From Cyanophyceae cyanobacterium (GTDB lineage Bacteria > Cyanobacteriota > Cyanobacteriia > Cyanobacteriales > Laspinemataceae): a stretch of DNA of 64,000 bases. Positions within the stretch are counted from its first letter, which is position 1; the number at the start of each line of letters is the position of its first letter. The stretch spans positions 256,001 through 320,000 of the forward strand of contig JBBQFN010000003.1 of the NCBI GenBank assembly GCA_038321985.1, written 5' to 3'. The position numbers were made by a program, and so were the translations under genes. Below, piece by piece: positions 42,758 to 53,223 of the stretch. The notes beneath the pieces were generated by a model. The model saw nothing but the letters and a program-made list of their open reading frames with translations. It was not told where the DNA came from and searched no databases.

Positions 42758-43192
42758 ATGACTTTACCTATTGGCACTACTGCCCCCGATTTTACCGTCA
42801 ACGATACCAATGGCAACACTGTTAAACTTTCGGAATTCAAAGGTAAAACCCTAGTCTTGTATTTTTATCCCAAGGATGACACCCCCGGTTGCACGAAAGA
42901 AGCTCAAGGCTTCCGGGATAGCTACGCTGACTATCAAAGTAAAGAAATGGTAGTTTTGGGTGTCAGTCGGGATGATGAGGCATCTCACAAACTATTTACC
43001 GAAAAATATGGGTTGCCCTTCCAACTTCTAGCTGATGTGGATGGCACCATTACTAAGGCTTATGATGCCGATGGCGGTAGCTATTCCAAGCGGGTCACCT
43101 ATGTTATCGACAGCGAGGGCAAAATCGCTAAAGTTTACGATCAAGTCAACACCAGCAGCCACGCCCAAGATATTCTAGCTGCTGTTTCCTAA
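42758..43192 (+). CDS. bcp: Peroxiredoxin BCP/PrxQ (single-Cys type)
   Basis: YFYPKDDTPGCTKEAQ. No other Cys in the protein. Confidence 0.92.
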   Translation: MTLPIGTTAPDFTVNDTNGNTVKLSEFKGKTLVLYFYPKDDTPGCTKEAQGFRDSYADYQSKEMVVLGVSRDDEASHKLFTEKYGLPFQLLADVDGTITKAYDADGGSYSKRVTYVIDSEGKIAKVYDQVNTSSHAQDILAAVS

Positions 43193-43250
43193 TCCCTATA
43201 GGGGTTGGAAACAGGGGATATATTGACAGTTCAAGTATTTTGTGATATTT

Positions 43251-43282
43251 AACCTCCCGGCTACGGCCCGGAGGTTTTTTTT
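43251..43282 (+). terminator. Intrinsic terminator
   Basis: AACCTCCCGG-loop-CCCGGAGG followed by a T8 run, after the prx pair. Confidence 0.75.
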
Positions 43283-43425
43283 GACCTACCAATTAATCCG
43301 TTCAATTCATCCGGATAATTCAGCGAAAAAGATTATTCCGGATAGAATCTATGCTCACAAGTAACAGGGTCTTATGGGGTAGGCAGGAAGTCTTCCTCCT
43401 GTTGATATTACTGTGAGCAGAACCG

Positions 43426-45789
43426 ATGAGCGTAAGCAATTCCTTCACTTTAAAAATTCTCCAAGACACCTTTTTAAAAGTGTCCCCCGCGTCATCTTCT
43501 ACCTTAACCCACACCCAAAAGGTAGCCGTAAAAGCGGGAGAGACAGTTACGATTAAAAGTTACGAATTGAGCAGCGGTCATTTCCGAGTGCAATTAGCCA
43601 GTGCGATCGCCCCAGTGGGTGAATCCGGCTACTTTTATGAAAAACACATCGAAGTGGTTCCAAACCTCGTTAACTGTACCTTCAACAGCGGTAACTCCAC
43701 CGAACCCCCTCCAGGTTTTGGGCTGCTAACCATCCTAGAAACCACCAAAATCAAAGCCAAACCCGAAGACTCCTCTCAACTGAGCGATCGCCAACAAACC
43801 GAACTTCAAAAAGGCCAAACCTTTTTAATCACCGGCCATGCTTGCGTGGCCCACCATTTTCGGGTTTCCCTTTCCGAAGAAATCCCGGGATTTGGTACCA
43901 GTGGTTATCTTTATCATCCCCACATTAGTCTCCAAAAAGATGGAAAAGCGATCGACTACGATGCTAACGCCATCACCCTGACCATTCTCCAAACCAACCC
44001 CTTCAAAAAACAACCTGTTGATTCCAGTCAACTCCAAGCTGAAGAACAATATCCCCTAAAATCTGGGGAGATTTACGGGGTAGCCAGCTATGCAATGGAA
44101 GCGGGTCATTTAAAAATTTCCCTAACGGAAAACCTGCCTCAATTTGGCAATACCGGCTATGTCTTTCCCGATTTTGTGCAGTTAAACCGGGGCAACAGCG
44201 AAATTAGTACCGGGTTTGGCCTCAGTTATCAAGGCCCGACCGAAGTTTTAGTCCAGAAACCTGTGATTTTGAAAGGCACTTATGAACCCCAGAAAATCGC
44301 CAAGGTCACTTTATCGGCAGAAGATAAGTTTTCCCTGCCGGTCCAATTAAATCCCACTACAGGCACTTGGCAGGTGGATTTAAACAGCGGGTTTAGTGCC
44401 GCCGGATCTCGCTGGTTGCGCCTCAAAGGAACCGATGCAAATGGTCAATTGATTGGGTCTGAAGTCATTTATATTACCGTCAGTACCGACCCCTTAAACG
44501 TGGGGGAAGCCTTGACGTTAAAGATTCAGCAGGATACCTTTTTTAAGGTTTCACCTGTGGATTCTGCCAGTCTCAGCGCCCAGCAAAAAGTATTAGTCAA
44601 GGCAGGAACGACGGTTCAAGTCAGCCGCTACGGATTTCTGGATGGTCATCTCAAGGTTACTCTAAATCCTCCTATTCAACCTATCGGGGAGTTTGGCTAT
44701 TTTTACGAAGGCCATACCCAACTCACTAAAGGCAGTAAAGTCTTTCAATTTAATATTGAGGATGTGCCGACTTCTGGAACTCCCGGCCAAATGTTGGTTA
44801 CGAAAACTACATTAATTAAAGCGCAACCTGTCGATTCCGCAAACCTTTCAACAGGTCAAAAAGCTGAGTTACTGCTAGGTAAAACTTTGGGAATTACCGG
44901 ATATGCCTCTACCTCCGGCCATTTCCGGGTAACCTTGAGTGAATCGATTCCTGGTTTTGGCAATGTGGGTTATGTGTATTGGCAACACGTCCAGATTAAG
45001 AACCGGAGTCAGGTCGTCTCGTATGATTCTGATGCGTTGACGGCAACAATTCGGGAGACGACAGCGTTTAAGAAACAACCTGTAGATGCGGCGAAGTTGA
45101 CGGGTACGGATAAGGTGACCCTACCCTTGGGACGAGTGTATGGGGTGGCAAGTTATGCGATCGAGTCGGGACATTTGAAAGCGTCGTTAACCGAGGAGTT
45201 TCCCGGTTTCGGAAATACAGGTTATCTATTTCCGGGTCATCTCCTGATGCAGCGGGGGGGTCGCAGCTTTGATCCGATTCCGAATCAAATTGAACTGAAT
45301 GTACCGTATTTTTCCCAGCGGGATAATCCTCGCTACTATTGGTCTACCTGCAACGTGACCTCGATCGCCATGGTGTTTCACTACCACGGCATCCGGTCCC
45401 AACGGGGGGGGCAGTTGGAGGATGAACTGCTGCAATGGTGTTTCAACTATGGCGGCGTTGGGTCCCAAACCGATCACAGCGTCCTGTCAGCCATGATCCG
45501 CGCCTACGGGGTTAAGCACAGCTTTAACACGACCAGTACCTGGTCTGATGTCAAAAATGAGCTGATTAATCGCCGTCCGGTGGTGATTGCGGGATACTTT
45601 ACTGCGACGGGCCATATTATCACGATTATTGGATATAACCGGCAAGGGTTCATTGTTCAGGACCCCTGGGGAGATGCGCTGACAGGTTACAGCAATACGG
45701 AAGGACGGCGCTTGATGTATCCCTACAGCTATATGGACCGGGTTTGTGGTCCCGATGGCAATGTTTGGATCCATTCGATTCAGAAATAG
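43426..45789 (+). CDS. Repeat-containing C39-like cysteine peptidase
   Basis: Six ~75-aa repeats (T.FK..P.DS..L...GH..V.L...GY.Y..H) and a C-terminal LNVPYFSQRDN..TC, GHI, QDPWG region. Confidence 0.8.
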   Translation: MSVSNSFTLKILQDTFLKVSPASSSTLTHTQKVAVKAGETVTIKSYELSSGHFRVQLASAIAPVGESGYFYEKHIEVVPNLVNCTFNSGNSTEPPPGFGLLTILETTKIKAKPEDSSQLSDRQQTELQKGQTFLITGHACVAHHFRVSLSEEIPGFGTSGYLYHPHISLQKDGKAIDYDANAITLTILQTNPFKKQPVDSSQLQAEEQYPLKSGEIYGVASYAMEAGHLKISLTENLPQFGNTGYVFPDFVQLNRGNSEISTGFGLSYQGPTEVLVQKPVILKGTYEPQKIAKVTLSAEDKFSLPVQLNPTTGTWQVDLNSGFSAAGSRWLRLKGTDANGQLIGSEVIYITVSTDPLNVGEALTLKIQQDTFFKVSPVDSASLSAQQKVLVKAGTTVQVSRYGFLDGHLKVTLNPPIQPIGEFGYFYEGHTQLTKGSKVFQFNIEDVPTSGTPGQMLVTKTTLIKAQPVDSANLSTGQKAELLLGKTLGITGYASTSGHFRVTLSESIPGFGNVGYVYWQHVQIKNRSQVVSYDSDALTATIRETTAFKKQPVDAAKLTGTDKVTLPLGRVYGVASYAIESGHLKASLTEEFPGFGNTGYLFPGHLLMQRGGRSFDPIPNQIELNVPYFSQRDNPRYYWSTCNVTSIAMVFHYHGIRSQRGGQLEDELLQWCFNYGGVGSQTDHSVLSAMIRAYGVKHSFNTTSTWSDVKNELINRRPVVIAGYFTATGHIITIIGYNRQGFIVQDPWGDALTGYSNTEGRRLMYPYSYMDRVCGPDGNVWIHSIQK

Positions 45790-45834
45790 ACCGGCGATCG
45801 CCGTCAAAATAGCTGGGTTATCCCAGTTTTAGTA

Positions 45835-45862
45835 AACGGGAGGGCAACTGCCTTCCCGTTTC
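45835..45862 (+). terminator. Hairpin terminator
   Basis: AAACGGGAGGGCA-AC-TGCCTTCCCGTTT. Confidence 0.65.
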
Positions 45863-46029
45863 TGCTTGCAATCAGGCATCAGACGGTTTACCGGAGTCTG
45901 AATCCCCATTCAGGTTTGGCGCTGCCCAATCTAAAATCTAAAATCTAAAACCTTAAACTCTCGCCCTGCGTTATCCTGAGCTTAGAGGCAATTTAAGTAT
46001 TAAGCATTGAAACTAAGGAGATTAAAGCG

Positions 46030-46503
46030 ATGAATTCGCACGGTTCTACGACAGTGGCCGATCGCATTTTTGCGAGTTTGCCCTACCTGCTGCCCTTGAT
46101 TGTGGGTTTGCAATTTGGCATTTTTTTGTTCAGAGAGTTTCCCTTTATACAAGTTCTATTTTCTCCTTTGCAACCCTTAGCAGCGATTTATTTCGGAATT
46201 CCATTTGCGGGACTGATTATCTTTTTCGTGCTGCTGTTTGCCGTGGTTAGAAATGACAATATCAGCCATTTCATTCGATTTAATACCATGCAGGCCATTC
46301 TGCTTGATATTCTGTTAGTCGTCACGGGTTTGGTGGTGAATCTGCTCGGGAATGCCCTTCCTGCCTTGGCAGTGCAGACTCTGTTTAATATGCTGTTTCT
46401 GGGAACCCTAGCGGCTGTCATCTATTCCGTGGCGCAGTCCTTGTTGGGACGTTATGCCGAAATCCCGACTATTTCTGATGCAGTCCATATGCAGGTTCGC
46501 TAG
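46030..46503 (+). CDS. Tic20/Ycf60 family membrane protein
   Basis: DRIFASLPYLLPL, VVRN.NISHFIRFNTMQAILLDI, G.YAEIPTISDAV. Confidence 0.9.
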   Translation: MNSHGSTTVADRIFASLPYLLPLIVGLQFGIFLFREFPFIQVLFSPLQPLAAIYFGIPFAGLIIFFVLLFAVVRNDNISHFIRFNTMQAILLDILLVVTGLVVNLLGNALPALAVQTLFNMLFLGTLAAVIYSVAQSLLGRYAEIPTISDAVHMQVR

Positions 46504-46548
46504 CACTAACCAGCAGCCAATGGCTGCTGGTGCGGCAATTTAGGCAGT

Positions 46549-47340
46549 TTATGGGGATAAAAGGCTGACGCGTTGCCTCACGGTATTTTCTAAGCTGCCA
46601 ATGCCTTCGATTTCTACCCGGATGCGATCGCCCACTTGTAATGGCCCTATCCCTTCCGGGGTTCCCGTTAAGACTACATCTCCCGGTAGTAGGGTCATCA
46701 CTTGAGAAATATAGGAGACGAGGACATCCGGTGGAAACACCATATTATCAATGATGCTAGATTGTACAGGTTTGGGCGCGTTATTCACAAAGGTCTGTAA
46801 CGCGGCCCCTGGACTCAGTTCGCGAACAATCCAAGGTCCGAGGGGGCAGAACGTATCAAATCCCTTGCCTCGGGTCCATTGACCATCTTTTTTTTGTAAG
46901 TCCCTGGCGGTCACATCATTGGCGATCGTGTACCCCCAAATTTTTCCCGTTGCCTCCTCGGGAGTACAATCCACGCAACGTTCTCCAATCACCAGGGCCA
47001 GTTCTCCCTCATAATCAACCCTCTCGGACTGAGGGGGATAAGCGATTTCATCTCCATCAGCAATCACAGCAGTGGGGGGTTTCAAAAACAGCAGCGGTTC
47101 TTTAGGAACAGGTGTTCCCATCTCTGCCGCATGATCTGCATAATTTTTGCCGACGGCGACAATTTTTGACGGAACGCACGGTGCTAAAAGCCGGTACGTT
47201 TCTGGTTCCAGGAACCGCTCAGTCGGTTGTCCCTTTAACCAGGGGGGCGCATCAAGCAACTGAACGCCTCTACTCAATTGAAGTAATCCATAATAAATCC
47301 GTCCCTCTGGGGTTTGGATTCGGACGTAGCGCTGTGCCAT
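46549..47340 (-). CDS. Fumarylacetoacetate hydrolase family protein
   Basis: KIVAVGKNYADH, FLKPP, DYEGEL, NDVTARD, KGFDTFCPLGP, LTGTPEG. Confidence 0.93.
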   Translation of the reverse strand: MAQRYVRIQTPEGRIYYGLLQLSRGVQLLDAPPWLKGQPTERFLEPETYRLLAPCVPSKIVAVGKNYADHAAEMGTPVPKEPLLFLKPPTAVIADGDEIAYPPQSERVDYEGELALVIGERCVDCTPEEATGKIWGYTIANDVTARDLQKKDGQWTRGKGFDTFCPLGPWIVRELSPGAALQTFVNNAPKPVQSSIIDNMVFPPDVLVSYISQVMTLLPGDVVLTGTPEGIGPLQVGDRIRVEIEGIGSLENTVRQRVSLLSP

Positions 47341-47877
47341 AACGTTGATTTATGCCCTCTGTCGTAGTGTGATGTTTGGCTCTTATGACCCTAGTAGGGG
47401 GAGTTTTGGAATCAGTCTTCGATAGTTCTAGGCACCCTCTCCATCGCCCCAAATGGTATCCTGTCTTCGGGTTAAAAAGATCTACTTTTGTCATCACATT
47501 TAAAAAAATATCTCATCACTCCACTCCTTTTAAATAAAAAACTATCACCATCTTGCAGGGTTGTTGTGACTACAAGCGCCCAATGCCAAATTCGGGAGAG
47601 AGCAAAAACCGCGCTTCGACTTCGCTCAGCGACCCCGCACTTAGAGAAAGGGGATTTTCTGTTTTCCCTTAGATTTCGGGACGGGTGCAGAAATCCGAAA
47701 TCGATATGATAAGATAAAAAACTGCGCGTAAAATCAGGGCTAAAGCGGAGAAACTCGCTTAACCTTGTCATGCCTTGCTTCTTCACAATAAGGGCGGAAA
47801 AAAGCCGGTTTTAAAAGAGATGCGGGCGATCGCGCCTAGAGCGAAGAAGCCATTTAGTCCATAAGGAGATTCCCAGA

Positions 47878-48207
47878 ATGCGGTATATTTACGAAACCAT
47901 GTACATCCTCCGCCCCGACCTCGGAGACGAGCTCACCGATGGGGCGATCGCTAAATATCAATCCTTGTTACAAGAAAATGGGGTGGAGAGTGTTGAGACT
48001 CAACACCGGGGAAAACGTCGCCTTGCTTATGAAATTGGCAAGCATCGCGATGGCATCTATATTCAAATGAACTATGAATGTGATGGCAGCCAAATCGCCC
48101 CCTTAGAACGTGCTATGCGTCTGAGTGAAGACGTTATCCGTTATTTGACCATCAAGCAACCCGTTCGCGAAGTTGAAGAGGAAGAAGAGGAAGTTGCCAC
48201 CGCTTAA
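47878..48207 (+). CDS. rpsF: 30S ribosomal protein S6
   Basis: [26 protein letters not shown]. Confidence 0.97.
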   Translation: MRYIYETMYILRPDLGDELTDGAIAKYQSLLQENGVESVETQHRGKRRLAYEIGKHRDGIYIQMNYECDGSQIAPLERAMRLSEDVIRYLTIKQPVREVEEEEEEVATA

Positions 48208-48428
48208 GCGTGGGTAAGTTCCCCCTACCCTGAAGCCCCGATCCGGCCCAGGGTCCTGCATTCATCGCCCTTGCCAATTCATTGACAGGCGATCGGCGAT
48301 CGTGCAAGGATAAAAGATTGGCTGTCTATTTAAGCTCGGATCAGGTTCAGCCCTGACAAAAGCTGGCCCGATCGCTCATGCCTGACCGATAAACCAGCTA
48401 CCTGTACGGCACACTCCACCAGAATTCT

Positions 48429-48812
48429 ATGACTTACGCAATTATCGAAACCGGCGGCAAACAACTACGAGTAGAACCCGGTCGCTTCTACGACATCGAG
48501 CTACTTCCCGTAGAGCCCGAAGAAAGCATTACCCTGGAAAATCTCTTACTGATTCAGCATGACGATACCGTTCATATCGGTCAACCCTTTGTAGAAGGTG
48601 CGACCCTACAAGCAACCGTCATGCAACACTATCGGGGTCGCAAGGTGATCGTCTATAAGATGAAACCCAAAAAGAAAACCCGTAAAAAACGCGGACACCG
48701 CCAAGAAATCACTCGGCTGATGATCGACTCCATCAGTTTAAATGGGGCCGTGTTAGCTGCGGCGGAACATACCACCCCAGCCTCCTCTACCTCCTCAACT
48801 GAGGCAGAATAA
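48429..48812 (+). CDS. rplU: 50S ribosomal protein L21
   Basis: [23 protein letters not shown]. Confidence 0.97.
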   Translation: MTYAIIETGGKQLRVEPGRFYDIELLPVEPEESITLENLLLIQHDDTVHIGQPFVEGATLQATVMQHYRGRKVIVYKMKPKKKTRKKRGHRQEITRLMIDSISLNGAVLAAAEHTTPASSTSSTEAE

Positions 48813-48953
48813 AAATAGAGGGAATCGGGCAGCCAGTTGGAGGGGCATCAGCGATGGCGCAGTCCGGATAACGGACCTTCCCATTGAACCCTCCTCGGTG
48901 CTACCCTTCCCGAAGATTCAATCCTGAAATTAGTTAAGTAACACAGAGGAACT

Positions 48954-49241
48954 ATGGCTCATAAGAAAGGTACGGGTAGTACAAGGAACGGACGTGACTC
49001 TAATGCCCAGCGTCTTGGAGTCAAGCGCTATGGCGGCCAAGTCGTCCGCGCCGGAAATATTCTAGTTCGTCAGCGCGGAACCAAGTTTCACCCTGGACAA
49101 AATGTGGGGATTGGCAGTGACGACACTTTGTTTGCCTTGATTGATGGGGTCGTTACCTTTGAACGCAAGGGCAAGACTCGTAAGAAAATCAGCGTTTATG
49201 CAGTGGCAGCACAGGCGGAACTCGCCACCGTTGGCGCATAA
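48954..49241 (+). CDS. rpmA: 50S ribosomal protein L27
   Basis: [23 protein letters not shown]. Confidence 0.98.
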   Translation: MAHKKGTGSTRNGRDSNAQRLGVKRYGGQVVRAGNILVRQRGTKFHPGQNVGIGSDDTLFALIDGVVTFERKGKTRKKISVYAVAAQAELATVGA

Positions 49242-49266
49242 ACGGCTTAACCCAGTCCAAAGGATT

Positions 49267-49304
49267 AAAAAAGGGGTAAACGCTACAGCGTTTACCCCTT
49301 TTTT
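49267..49304. terminator. Bidirectional intrinsic terminator
   Basis: A6-GGGGTAAACGCT-AC-AGCGTTTACCCC-T6. Confidence 0.85.
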
Positions 49305-49463
49305 CTGATTTTTGGCTTGAGAGGCGATCGCCCTTAAGCCCCTCTCAAAAAAACCGGCGATCGCAGGGGAAAAAGATGTTACAGAACGTTACTAAATTCG
49401 CCAGCGATCGCCAGATAACTTTACACTTAATCTTTGAAACTGTCGCGTATTCCATCAGAAGAT

Positions 49464-50453
49464 ATGTTTCCAATTCATCGCCCTCGCCGCTTGCGTCAGC
49501 ACCCCCAACTCCGGAGAATGGTCCGGGAAAATCTCCTCACCCCTAGCGATTTAATCTATCCCCTGTTTGCTGTACCTGGGGAATCTGTCGCCAAAGAAGT
49601 CTCATCCATGCCCGGAGTCTACCAACTCTCGGTAGATAAAATTGTCGAAGAAGCCAAACAAGTCTATGACCTCGGCATTCCCGCCATTATCCTGTTTGGC
49701 ATTCCCGAAGACAAAGATACGGAGGCTACAGGGGCTTGGCATGACTGCGGTATCGTCCAGAAAGCAACCGCAGCCGTTAAAGCTGCCGTTCCCGACCTCC
49801 TCGTGATCGTGGATACCTGTCTGTGCGAATACACCAGTCACGGTCACTGCGGCTATTTAGAAGTTGGGGATTTAACGGGTCGGGTGCTCAATGATCCTAC
49901 CCTGGAGTTGCTGAAGAAAACGGCGATCGCCCAAGCGAAAGCCGGTGCAGATATCATCGCACCGTCGGGGATGATGGATGGATTCGTTCAAGCGATCCGG
50001 TCCGGGTTAGATGGGGCCGGATTTGAAGATATCCCGATTATGTCTTATGCGGCTAAATATGCCTCCGCCTATTATGGACCGTTCCGAGATGCGGCAGATT
50101 CCTCCCCTCAGTTTGGCGATCGCCGCACCTATCAGATGGATCCGGCTAACGGTCGAGAAGCCCTCACCGAAATTGAACTTGATATTCATGAAGGGGCGGA
50201 TATGCTGATGGTAAAACCCGCCCTCGCCTATATGGATATCATCTGGCGAGTGAAACAGGCGACGAACCTGCCGGTTGCCGCTTATAACGTCTCTGGAGAG
50301 TATGCGATGGTGAAAGCCGCTGCCCTCAATGGCTGGATTGATGAGGAACGCGTCGTTCTGGAAACCTTAACCGGGTTTAAGCGGGCCGGTGCTGACCTAA
50401 TTCTCACCTACCATGCGAAAGATGCGGCCCGTTGGCTAACAAAGCAGTCTTAA
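49464..50453 (+). CDS. hemB: Delta-aminolevulinic acid dehydratase (porphobilinogen synthase)
   Basis: [40 protein letters not shown]. Confidence 0.97.
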   Translation: MFPIHRPRRLRQHPQLRRMVRENLLTPSDLIYPLFAVPGESVAKEVSSMPGVYQLSVDKIVEEAKQVYDLGIPAIILFGIPEDKDTEATGAWHDCGIVQKATAAVKAAVPDLLVIVDTCLCEYTSHGHCGYLEVGDLTGRVLNDPTLELLKKTAIAQAKAGADIIAPSGMMDGFVQAIRSGLDGAGFEDIPIMSYAAKYASAYYGPFRDAADSSPQFGDRRTYQMDPANGREALTEIELDIHEGADMLMVKPALAYMDIIWRVKQATNLPVAAYNVSGEYAMVKAAALNGWIDEERVVLETLTGFKRAGADLILTYHAKDAARWLTKQS

Positions 50454-51118
50454 TCCGGAATCCCGCTTTAAACGTCCTATTTTGGAGGGCAGCCCGCCCC
50501 TGCGGGCTATATATATAGCCTTAATGCCCCGGGCTTGCCTAGGGTTTTTGTAGCCCCACCCTTCTCGGGTGAGGTGTTTTTGCCTTGCAAAATTTTTGGA
50601 TGCGGTTGTTCTGAGAAAGCCAAATCCTTACCCCGTCTGAGCTCCTTAGATTTCCAGAAAAAGAAGGGTTAGGACCTAGATAGAATCGTCGGACTATTTG
50701 TTACCCGCCTCGGGGAAAATGTCACGAAATTATCATATAAAAACTCCGGAATTAAGGTGATAAATTTGGAGCTTATGTTATAAAAATAGTTATAGGATTA
50801 AAAACTTTCGTATTTTAGGAATCAGAATCAAAATTCTTGGGCTTTGAGTTGATAACTCCATGACTTAGGGAAACTGAAAATAGCTATTCTTGTTGTGTCA
50901 CAGCAGGAAAATTTTTCGGTATTCTCGTAAAAACAGGAAGTAAGCAGTTGAGTGCAAAACTGGAACAATGCTCACCTCTCCTGCAAAAAATCTGATCCCT
51001 TCTAATCCCTATATCGGGCGGGGGTTGATTTAAAAGAAAGCATTAAAGGCCAATAAGCACTCAATCTAAAGAGCGATTTGTCCATAAACCTAGATATTAA
51101 GTGAGTAGGAAAACGACG

Positions 51119-51592
51119 ATGGATTGCAGTCATATTCAATTTCGCGATCGCAAAGAAGACGTAGATATCCAACAGCTTAAAAGGCTATTTGAACTCACCG
51201 CTTTTTGGGCGCGGGAACGAAAACTTGAGGATTTAGCCGTGGCGATCGCCAACAGTGATCCCGTGATTACCGTGTGGGAAGGAGAGCGCCTGATTGGTTT
51301 AGCCCGCGCCACCTCCGATGGCATTTACCGCGCCACCATCTGGGATGTCATCATTCACCCGGAGTATCAAGGAGTGGGATTAGGGCGCAAGTTAGTCGAA
51401 ACCCTCTTAAGTCATCCCCGCATGAATCGCGTAGAGCGAGTTTACCTGATGACCACCCATCAGCAGCGATTCTACGAGCGGATTGGGTTCGAGGAAAACT
51501 CGACGACAACCATGGTCCTCTACAATAATCAGACTTTTACCCGGGAACTTACGACTCACGAAGTGCTCGTGGAAGCAAGCATTGAAGCCTAG
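51119..51592 (+). CDS. GNAT N-acetyltransferase
   Basis: ARATSDG, IWDVIIHPEYQGVGLG, FYERIGF. Confidence 0.9.
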   Translation: MDCSHIQFRDRKEDVDIQQLKRLFELTAFWARERKLEDLAVAIANSDPVITVWEGERLIGLARATSDGIYRATIWDVIIHPEYQGVGLGRKLVETLLSHPRMNRVERVYLMTTHQQRFYERIGFEENSTTTMVLYNNQTFTRELTTHEVLVEASIEA

Positions 51593-52520
51593 TTATTTGC
51601 GACTCGTCTTCCCGCCGAAGCTCCTCGGCAACTGGGGGAGCTTCAACAATTTCTAAATGTCCGCCCATCATTTCTACAATACTCTGATTCATCATCAAAA
51701 TCGTACCGGGGGACAGATCCGCCTCAGTTTGAGTCGAAAGATCTTTACGGTTTTGCTGGAGTTGCAGAAAATCCAGGGGTTCGCAAAAACAATTAGGGGG
51801 GAGGGGCAGATCAATCGAAATAATCACATGACCTGCCTGGGTTTTGCCGTTGGTTGAGCCCTCAGTTGAGATCGATAAGGGAGAGACTTTTGCAGAAATG
51901 CCGATATTGCCATTCCCGACTGGGGTAATAGCAATATCAATAAATGTGACTAGCACCTGAGTCAGGCACCGCTGGTCCGCCTGAACGGAAATCTTAGGGT
52001 CTGGTTGGGAAATGTGCAATGAAATATTGCGATTTGCGGCTTGAAGTTCAGTCAAATAATGGACTTCTTCAAACACATCAGCAAGTTGTAGAGTTTCCAG
52101 TTTGAGGGGGTTACGACCTTCCTCAATCCGAGAGACTTCAATAATGCGATCAAGCATTTGAATCATCTTGTGAACGGAGTTATTCGCCTGGACCAAAAAC
52201 TCTCGTTCTTCGGCTGGATTATCACACAAATCGCTTAAAATTAATTGATGAACGCCGATTAAACTATTTAAAGGCGATCGCAACTCGTGGGAAATCCGCG
52301 ACAAAAAACCAGCTTTAAACTGACACATTTGCCGAGTCAGCAGGTAATCAAGCTGAGTTTGTTTGAGGCGAGTGGATAGGTTAGAGTCTCCTAATTTTTT
52401 ATCCTGAGCTGGGGGGAGATGAGTATTGGGCCTGGATCTGTAGCGCGATCGCATCAGCCATCCCCCTCCAAACCCAATCCCCACGGCACCGATTGCAGAG
52501 ATCAAATAGAGCCAATCCAT
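51549..52520 (-). CDS. Membrane-anchored HisKA protein with degenerate ATPase domain
   Basis: N-terminal TM helix and H-box SHELRSPLNS. N-box and G-boxes are non-canonical. Confidence 0.75.
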   Translation of the reverse strand: MDWLYLISAIGAVGIGFGGGWLMRSRYRSRPNTHLPPAQDKKLGDSNLSTRLKQTQLDYLLTRQMCQFKAGFLSRISHELRSPLNSLIGVHQLILSDLCDNPAEEREFLVQANNSVHKMIQMLDRIIEVSRIEEGRNPLKLETLQLADVFEEVHYLTELQAANRNISLHISQPDPKISVQADQRCLTQVLVTFIDIAITPVGNGNIGISAKVSPLSISTEGSTNGKTQAGHVIISIDLPLPPNCFCEPLDFLQLQQNRKDLSTQTEADLSPGTILMMNQSIVEMMGGHLEIVEAPPVAEELRREDESQITRLQCLLPRALRES

Positions 52521-52588
52521 AGTTTGCCCGAAATTCCAACCTAATTCCTGAACGCTGATTGCGGTTAAGGGAGAAATGGTATTCCCTC

Positions 52589-53200
52589 TCATTTTTCCCA
52601 ATCCGCACTGTTTGAGTCTAACTTAATTACACCTTGACGGAGGATTTCCCAACTGAACCCCATCCACTTCGCCACCGTGGAAGGGACGCCACTGGCCGTC
52701 GGGGAGGGTTCCATGCGATCGCATTCTAGGGCCACGACTTCAGGAAAGCGCAAGGCAATCTCTGTCATGGTCTGCAACGGGGGTTCGCCACTGAGATTGG
52801 CGCTGGTGGTTGCTAAAGGGCCAGTTTGTCCTAAAATTCTGCGGGCAACTGCCAGATCCGGAACTCGAATCCCGATGGTACTTGGATCAACCGGATTCAT
52901 TACCGAGGGGACAGCACTAGAGGCCGGTAAGACTAATGTTAGCGCACCGGGCCAGTGTCGGTCCGCCACGGCTTGCCACAGCAGCAACTCCGTCGGCGTA
53001 CTCCTGACAAAAGGCCAGAGGTCTGCTGAAGTGGCTCCCATCAAAATCAGGGGTTTATTGAGACTGCGTTGCTTGACGGCAAAGATGGACTCAGCGCGGC
53101 TGGGTAGAACTGCTAATGCAGGGACTGTATCCGTGGGAAAACTCACCACTTGGCCCCCAAGGGCAGCCTCAATCAAAACTTTTTCGGAAACTGCTGTCAT
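52589..53200 (-). CDS. tsaC: L-threonylcarbamoyladenylate synthase (Sua5/YrdC)
   Basis: FPTDTV, KQR..NKPL, WPGALT, IGIRVP, TTSANLSG, PSTV. Confidence 0.92.
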   Translation of the reverse strand: MTAVSEKVLIEAALGGQVVSFPTDTVPALAVLPSRAESIFAVKQRSLNKPLILMGATSADLWPFVRSTPTELLLWQAVADRHWPGALTLVLPASSAVPSVMNPVDPSTIGIRVPDLAVARRILGQTGPLATTSANLSGEPPLQTMTEIALRFPEVVALECDRMEPSPTASGVPSTVAKWMGFSWEILRQGVIKLDSNSADWEK

Positions 53201-53223
53201 CTTGGCGTTTGGGACTCTCAACA

